Below are positions 25,161 through 30,968 of a DNA stretch of 30,968 nucleotides, in pieces. Source of the DNA: an uncultured Comamonadaceae bacterium. Lineage in GTDB: Bacteria > Pseudomonadota > Gammaproteobacteria > Burkholderiales > Burkholderiaceae_C. The first letter of the stretch is position 1, and every line of letters begins with the position of its first letter. The stretch covers positions 1-30,968 of the forward strand of contig CALMOI010000224.1 in assembly GCA_937871735.1 (NCBI GenBank), given 5' to 3'. The translations under genes and the position numbers were made by a program. The notes under the pieces were generated by a model, which saw only the letters and a program-made list of their open reading frames with translations, made no database searches and was not told the DNA's origin.

Positions 25161-27566
25161 TCAGCGAAGCAGCCGCTCGGGGTTGGCATCCAACTTGGTC
25201 AAGGCTTCGCGGGTGGCGCGCACTGTAAGGGCTTCGTCTTCAGTGGGCACCAGCAAATTGGCCTGCAAATAAGCGGCCACGCGGCGCGACTGAATCAGGT
25301 AGTTCAGACCATCATCTGCCGTGAACAGGTACAGCTGACGACGCTCGCTGCGCCACACCAACTGCACTGGCCCAACTCGGCCATTGTGATCGAGCACAAA
25401 CCAATCGGCCAATTCCAATTCCTGCGCCCAAGCTATCGTGGCGGGATTGGGCTGGGCACCACCGTTGGGCAACACCTCGAACGTCGAGACATCCACGCCC
25501 AGCATCACTTCCAGCGTGCTGGGATCTAGCACGATGTCACCAGAAGCATCATCGTCGCTGATCGCATCTTCCAGGCGCTCCAAGCGGCGCGCCATGTCGT
25601 CGATTTGCTCTTGCGGGATGCTTTCCGTTTTTGACATGAAAGCATCAGCCAAGATATCGCTCAAAATTTTGATGTGGGCGTCTTGCACTTTGGAGGACAA
25701 ACCCAACAGCGCCATGCCTTGGCGCAGACGCTGCAAAACTTGTGGCAACTCCTGAATCACACGCGTGCGGTCTTCGCGGTTGGGTTTGGCACTGGCGGCC
25801 CAGAGCAAATCCGTGGCCACGCGCTTGAGCGCCAAGGTTTCCACATGCTGCGGCCCGTGACGCAAGGCCGCCACCGCCAAGACCTCGGCCCAAACTTTGA
25901 ACAAAAACTCACGGATCTCGTCACGGACTTTGATTTTGTTGAGCATGCTGCGCAACTCAATCGTGTACTGGATCGCCAAGGTCTCTTTTTGCTCAACCTG
26001 TTGCGCCAAGCTGACCAAGCGCTTGGTGTCTTCTTTGTCCGTCAAAAACCGTGACAAGAACCGCTGAAACTCATCGAGTACCAGCTGGAACACTTTGCGA
26101 CCTGTATCGGGGTACTGCTCAATCACCTGCACGACGCGGCGCACTTCGGCTTCCATGGCGGCACCACGCACACCGCTGTTGTCAAAACCCATCACACAGG
26201 AACCCATGCGGTCAATCAACTGACGCGCAGGGTGCTGCAAGGTGCTGAAAAACTCAGGTTCAGCCAAGGCCACCCGCAGCACCGGCATTTGCAAGCGCGC
26301 AAACCACAGGCGCACGCCGGAAGGAATGCGATCTTCGGCCAAGATGGCCTGAAACATCAGCGCCACGATCTCGATGGTGGCTTTTTCACTGTTGTTGTTG
26401 GCCTTGCCTTTGAGGTCGTTCGTGCGCTGACGCAGTTGCACCGACAGCAACTGAAGATCCTGGTGGGTCAGTGTGTCTTGCTCGTAGTTCTGCGCTGGAT
26501 TGAGTTCTGCCGAAGCCGCAGCAGGACGTCGGTTCAATGCCTCGGTCAGTGCTGGCGAAGGCTCTTGCCGCTCATTGTTATCAAACAACTCAGCGCCGCG
26601 CTCGACCAACAGCCGCTTGATATGTCCAAACATGCCTTGAACACGTTGACTCGCTCGGGCCAGCGGTGTGGGGCCCGTACCTCCACCACGAGCAGCATAG
26701 ATTGACTCACGCTCATCGCCTCGCACACCGACGCCGCCAGCATGCGCACCGCCACGCCCGCCGCGCTCGACATAAGGACTGGTGTAGTCGGAGTTGTCAC
26801 GGCCCCGCCCTTCGTCGCTGCTGCGGCGGTCATCCGGACGCAAAGGCGACTGTGATGACTGGGTGGGTAATTTGTTCAACGACGCTGGCACGGACATCCC
26901 GCTGGGCGTGCGACGCACCAAAGCCTTGCGGTCAATTTCGGGCATCACGCCGTGGCGTATCAAATATTCATTGGCCTGCTGATAGGCTTTTCGCATGCGC
27001 TCAATCAGCACGGGGGCCACGCTGTCCAGCACCGTCACCCACGAGGGTCGCGACAGGCCGCAAGCCTCCCACTGCGCCACCAGCAGCGCCGCAAAGGTTT
27101 CGGGCTTGAGCACATCTTGCTCAGAGAAATCGCGGCCTTGATCGACTTCCAAGATGCGAAGCCGCAGATCGTTGAGCTCCCAGCTGACTTTGTCAGTCAA
27201 AGCCAAGGCCAACCGCGAAGCCAAGATGCGCTTTTCAATTTCATCGTCGCCAATCAGCGACAAGCCTTTGCCAGAAAAAGCACCCGACACCGTGGATCGT
27301 GGCGGGGAAGGTGGTGCATCTAAAGCACGCCGCCAAGCTTGGCGCACCGCTTGGATCCAAGCATCACGCAAGCGCAGGTAATCCAGCAATGCATCTCGAC
27401 TGACTTGCTGATCGCGCACATTGGCAGGTTGCTCAGCAATAGCGCTCAAGCGCCCCTGAATCGTGGCCGCCAAGTCCAGCACCACACCATCGACTTCAAT
27501 GACGAAGCGTTCACGCGTGGTGCGAGATAGGCGCGAATCCGGGGGGGCGGGGCGCTGGGTGGCCAT
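25161..27566 (-). CDS. DUF1631-like large alpha-helical protein of unknown function
   Basis: TIEIVALMFQAIL..DRIP, LQMPVLRVAL, HPARQLIDRMG, WVWRSERRQLYLF-type C-terminal segment (VQLVWRSERRQLYLF). Family recognised from memory. Confidence 0.72.
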   Translation of the reverse strand: MATQRPAPPDSRLSRTTRERFVIEVDGVVLDLAATIQGRLSAIAEQPANVRDQQVSRDALLDYLRLRDAWIQAVRQAWRRALDAPPSPPRSTVSGAFSGKGLSLIGDDEIEKRILASRLALALTDKVSWELNDLRLRILEVDQGRDFSEQDVLKPETFAALLVAQWEACGLSRPSWVTVLDSVAPVLIERMRKAYQQANEYLIRHGVMPEIDRKALVRRTPSGMSVPASLNKLPTQSSQSPLRPDDRRSSDEGRGRDNSDYTSPYVERGGRGGAHAGGVGVRGDERESIYAARGGGTGPTPLARASQRVQGMFGHIKRLLVERGAELFDNNERQEPSPALTEALNRRPAAASAELNPAQNYEQDTLTHQDLQLLSVQLRQRTNDLKGKANNNSEKATIEIVALMFQAILAEDRIPSGVRLWFARLQMPVLRVALAEPEFFSTLQHPARQLIDRMGSCVMGFDNSGVRGAAMEAEVRRVVQVIEQYPDTGRKVFQLVLDEFQRFLSRFLTDKEDTKRLVSLAQQVEQKETLAIQYTIELRSMLNKIKVRDEIREFLFKVWAEVLAVAALRHGPQHVETLALKRVATDLLWAASAKPNREDRTRVIQELPQVLQRLRQGMALLGLSSKVQDAHIKILSDILADAFMSKTESIPQEQIDDMARRLERLEDAISDDDASGDIVLDPSTLEVMLGVDVSTFEVLPNGGAQPNPATIAWAQELELADWFVLDHNGRVGPVQLVWRSERRQLYLFTADDGLNYLIQSRRVAAYLQANLLVPTEDEALTVRATREALTKLDANPERLLR

Positions 27567-27572
27567 GTCTAA

Positions 27573-28526
27573 TCAGACGGTTGCCCCGGCATTGGGGTCG
27601 TTGGGATCTTCATCTTTTTTCGGAGCCCCTTTGATCAAATCTTCACGGCGAATGCCCAGCCACATGGCAATCGCAGCAGCCACAAACACCGAAGAATAAA
27701 TGCCGAACAAAATCCCGATGGTCAAAGCCAGCGCGAAGTAATGCAAAGTCTCGCCACCAAACAACAACATCGACAGCACCATAATCTGAGTCGAACCGTG
27801 AGTGATGATGGTACGGCTGATGGTGGAGGTGATGGCGTTGTCGATGATCTCGACTGTGTTCATCTTGCGGTAACGGCGGAAGTTTTCGCGGATTCGGTCA
27901 AAAATCACCACCGACTCGTTGACCGAGTAGCCCAACACCGCCAGCACCGCCGCCAACACCGCCAGCGAGAACTCCCACTGGAAGAAGGCGAAGAAGCCCA
28001 AGATGATGATCACGTCGTGCAAGTTGGCGATGATGGCCGCCACCGCAAACTTCCACTCGAAGCGGAAAGCGAGGTAGATCATGATGCCCACCACCACCAT
28101 GCCCAGCGCTTTGAGGCCGTCAGCGGCCAACTCGTCACCCACTTGCGGGCCGACAAATTCGGTACGGCGCAGACTCAAAGCAGCATCGTCAGCCTTGAGG
28201 GCGGCTAACACCTTGTCGCTTTGCTGGGCAGCGCTCACGCCTTTTTGCACCGGCAGGCGAATCATCACGTCACGGGCAGTGCCAAAGTTTTGGATTTGCA
28301 CATCGGCAAAACCCAAACCAGCGACCACACCGCGCACCCGGTTCAGGTCAGCGGGCTGGCTGTAGCTGACCTCCATCACGGTACCGCCTGTGAATTCCAC
28401 CGACAGGTGCAAACCGCGCGAGAACAGAAAGAACACCGCCGCCAAAAACGTTATCAGCGACACCGCGTTGAACACCAACGCATGGCGCATGAACGGGATG
28501 TCTTTTTTGATCTTGAAAAATTCCAT
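27573..28526 (-). CDS. secF: Protein translocase subunit SecF
   Basis: GLHLSVEFTGGT, EFVGPQVG, HDVII and GYSVNESVVIFDRIRE motifs. Confidence 0.97.
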   Translation of the reverse strand: MEFFKIKKDIPFMRHALVFNAVSLITFLAAVFFLFSRGLHLSVEFTGGTVMEVSYSQPADLNRVRGVVAGLGFADVQIQNFGTARDVMIRLPVQKGVSAAQQSDKVLAALKADDAALSLRRTEFVGPQVGDELAADGLKALGMVVVGIMIYLAFRFEWKFAVAAIIANLHDVIIILGFFAFFQWEFSLAVLAAVLAVLGYSVNESVVIFDRIRENFRRYRKMNTVEIIDNAITSTISRTIITHGSTQIMVLSMLLFGGETLHYFALALTIGILFGIYSSVFVAAAIAMWLGIRREDLIKGAPKKDEDPNDPNAGATV

Positions 28527-28537
28527 CTTGCGCTTTC

Positions 28538-30430
28538 TTAGCTGGCCGAGGCATCCGACTGAACCACGGCACCCGTGCCCTCAGCCCGCCACACCGTGCC
28601 AATCGACACAGTTTTGAGTTTCTTTTGCCGTCCGTACCAGAAGTTCACCAAGCCGCGCGAGAAGAACACCGCCGAGAACATGCTGGTCAAAATACCGATG
28701 CAATGCACAGCTGCAAAGCCACGCACCGGCCCGGAACCGAAGGCCAACAAGGCAGCACCGGCAATCAACGTGGTGATGTTGGAGTCCAAGATGGTGGCCC
28801 AAGCGCGGTCATAACCAGCATGGATGGCCGCTTGCGGCGACGCACCATTGCGCAACTCTTCACGCACACGTTCATTGATCAGCACGTTGGAGTCAATCGC
28901 CATCCCGAGTGCCAAGGCCATAGCCGCCATACCGGGCAAGGTCAGTGTGGCTTGCAACATGGACAACACGGCCACCAGCAGCAGCAAGTTCACCGCCAAA
29001 GCGATGCCCGAGAACAAGCCAAACACCATGTAGTACACGCACATGAAGGCGACGATGACCAAGAAGCCCCACGTCACGCTGTGAAAGCCTTTGGCGATGT
29101 TTTCCGCGCCCAAGCTGGGGCCGATGGTGCGCTCTTCGACGATTTCCATGGGCGCGGCCAGCGAACCAGCACGCAACAACAATGACAAATCATTGGCTTC
29201 AACGACGGTCATGGCGCCGGAAATTTGGAAGCGGTTGCCAAGCTCACCGTTGATGCTCGGGGCTGTCAACACTTCGCCTTTGCCTTTTTCAAACAGCAAG
29301 ACGGCCATACGTTTGTGCACGTTTTCACGACTGATGTCGCGCATGATGCGGCCACCTTTGGCATCGACAGTCAAGTCCACCTTGGGCTGCTGGTTTTGCG
29401 AATCAAAGCCAGGCTGGGCATCGGTCAGGCTGTCGCCAGTGATGATGACCTGCTTTTTCACGATCACCACGCGACCACTGCGCTCCAAATAGCGCTCAGA
29501 GCCAAACGGCACGGGCGAGCGACCTGCTTCGGCTTCATGCCCTTCGGTGGACTCGTCCACCAAACGCATTTCAAGAGTGGCCGTGCGCCCCAAAAGTTCT
29601 TTGGCTTTGGTGGTGTCTTGCACGCCAGGCAGTTGCACCACGATGCGATCCAACCCTTGCTGCTGAATCACGGGCTCAGCCACGCCCAACTCGTTGATAC
29701 GGTTGTGCAGTGTGGTGATGTTTTGCTTCAGCGCTTGTTCTTGCACCTTGCGCGCCGCTTCAGGGCGGATGGTGGCGATCAGCTTGAACTCGCCGCCCTC
29801 AGGCGACTCGGTGGTTTGCAGCTCGGCAAACTGGTCTTTCAACACACCTTTGATGGCATCCAGCGTGGCCGCGTCACCGACTCGCAGTTCAAGCGTCTGC
29901 CCATTGCGGCTGATGCCACCGTGACGCAGATTTTTCTCACGCAGCACGCTGCGAATGTCACCGGCCAGGGATTCAGCTTTTTTGGTCAGCGCGGCTTGCA
30001 TGTCCACTTGCAGCATGAAATGCACGCCACCGCGCAAATCCAGACCCAAGTACATCGGCGACGCATGGAGCGCATGCAGCCAAGCGGGTGAGCGCGACAC
30101 CAAGTTCAGCGCCACGACGTAGCCGGGATCTGCCGGATCAGGAATCAGGGCTTTTTGGATTGCGTCTTTGGCTTTGAGCTGGTTGTCGGTCGAGTCAAAA
30201 CGAGCTCGCACCGAAGTGCCTTCCAAGGTCAGCATGTCGGCTTGCAAACCAGCCGTCTTCAGCGCAGTTTCAACTTGACCCAGAGTCTCTGTGTCAATTT
30301 TTCGTCCTGTTTTACCTGCTGAAACTTGTACGGCAGGCGCTTCACCAAACACGTTGGGCAGGGCATACAGCGCCCCCAACAACAGCGCGATCCAAATGAT
30401 CGCGTACTTCCAGACCGGGTAACGGTTCAT
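28538..30430 (-). CDS. secD: Protein translocase subunit SecD
   Basis: LGLDLRGGVHF, RINELGVAEP, IGPSLG, LTLPGMA, IDSNVLINERVRE and GPVRGFA motifs. Confidence 0.97.
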   Translation of the reverse strand: MNRYPVWKYAIIWIALLLGALYALPNVFGEAPAVQVSAGKTGRKIDTETLGQVETALKTAGLQADMLTLEGTSVRARFDSTDNQLKAKDAIQKALIPDPADPGYVVALNLVSRSPAWLHALHASPMYLGLDLRGGVHFMLQVDMQAALTKKAESLAGDIRSVLREKNLRHGGISRNGQTLELRVGDAATLDAIKGVLKDQFAELQTTESPEGGEFKLIATIRPEAARKVQEQALKQNITTLHNRINELGVAEPVIQQQGLDRIVVQLPGVQDTTKAKELLGRTATLEMRLVDESTEGHEAEAGRSPVPFGSERYLERSGRVVIVKKQVIITGDSLTDAQPGFDSQNQQPKVDLTVDAKGGRIMRDISRENVHKRMAVLLFEKGKGEVLTAPSINGELGNRFQISGAMTVVEANDLSLLLRAGSLAAPMEIVEERTIGPSLGAENIAKGFHSVTWGFLVIVAFMCVYYMVFGLFSGIALAVNLLLLVAVLSMLQATLTLPGMAAMALALGMAIDSNVLINERVREELRNGASPQAAIHAGYDRAWATILDSNITTLIAGAALLAFGSGPVRGFAAVHCIGILTSMFSAVFFSRGLVNFWYGRQKKLKTVSIGTVWRAEGTGAVVQSDASAS

Positions 30431-30438
30431 GTCCAGCC

Positions 30439-30774
30439 TTATTTCATCGTGCCTTTAGGCAGCACTTGGATCACAGCGCTGCGTTGCAACTGCACTTCCA
30501 CACCGGCGGCCAGCTCCAAATGCACATAGGTCTCGCCCATTTTGGTGACTTTGCCCAAGAAGCCACCCGCAGCCACCACTTCGTCACCCTTGGCCAAAGC
30601 GTCAATCATGGCTTTATGCTCTTTTTGCTTCTTCATTTGGGGGCGAATCATCACGAAGTACAGCACCACGAACATCAGCACCATAGGCAACATGCTCATC
30701 AGCGACGACTGGAAGTCACCTCCAGCAGCAGCGGCGGCAGGAGCGGTTTGGGCATAAGCAGAAGAAATCAACAC
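30439..30774 (-). CDS. yajC: Preprotein translocase subunit YajC
   Basis: VLYFVMIRPQMKKQKEH, LAKGDEVV..GG; GGAG RBS and GTG start. Confidence 0.95.
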   Translation of the reverse strand: MLISSAYAQTAPAAAAAGGDFQSSLMSMLPMVLMFVVLYFVMIRPQMKKQKEHKAMIDALAKGDEVVAAGGFLGKVTKMGETYVHLELAAGVEVQLQRSAVIQVLPKGTMK

Positions 30775-30924
30775 AGGCGAACTCCACGGAGGGGATCAAA
30801 AGAATCAAGCGGGCACGCGCAGGCGCGCCGCATCAGGCAGCTTGCCATTGTATGACGCGACATCAAAACCGCAGGGCGACTCTGGATGGGTAACGAGAGG
30901 AAACAATGCACATCAGCAGGCTAC

Positions 30925-30968
30925 AAAAACAAATGGGGAACCCCCAAAAGGGTTCCCCATTTGTTTTT
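30925..30968. terminator. Bidirectional intrinsic terminator
   Basis: Perfect 19-bp inverted repeat AAAAACAAATGGGGAACCC-(CCAAAA)-GGGTTCCCCATTTGTTTTT with A/T tails on both ends. Confidence 0.85.

Noticed and set aside
1-30968. CRISPR array, tRNA, IS/transposase, integrase, prophage or defence genes
   Set aside because: None was recognised. Almost all of the sequence is explained by intact CDSs, and the intergenic gaps hold no spaced direct repeats or cloverleaf motifs.

Overview
This is a core-genome region of a high-GC betaproteobacterium; the 16S 5' sequence looks like Comamonadaceae/Burkholderiales, by inference. The window opens in the 5' end of a minus-strand 16S rRNA gene with its leader, boxA and tandem promoters. 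It continues through uup, a soluble PAS hybrid kinase, a MocR regulator divergent from an aminotransferase-PhzF-like pair, dbpA, and a membrane Cache-type hybrid kinase with its cognate response regulator. Next come a FAD monooxygenase-DUF2783-VOC cluster divergent from a MenA/UbiA-family prenyltransferase, then pgk, azlCD, def-fmt, tsaP-like LysM and dprA, a DUF1631-like protein, yajC-secD-secF, and a terminator at the window edge. No CRISPR array, tRNA, transposase, integrase or phage gene was recognised. The best leads are: (1) a response regulator whose class III cyclase domain has lost most catalytic residues, downstream of HPt-bearing hybrid kinases; (2) a small VOC protein with a full extradiol-dioxygenase-like residue set beside a flavin hydroxylase; (3) an orphan MenA-like gene with an FNR-like box centred 41.5 bp upstream of its ATG; (4) several genes whose -10-like hexamer sits 5-8 nt before the start codon, suggesting leaderless mRNAs. 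Family names come from motifs recognised by eye, not from database searches.
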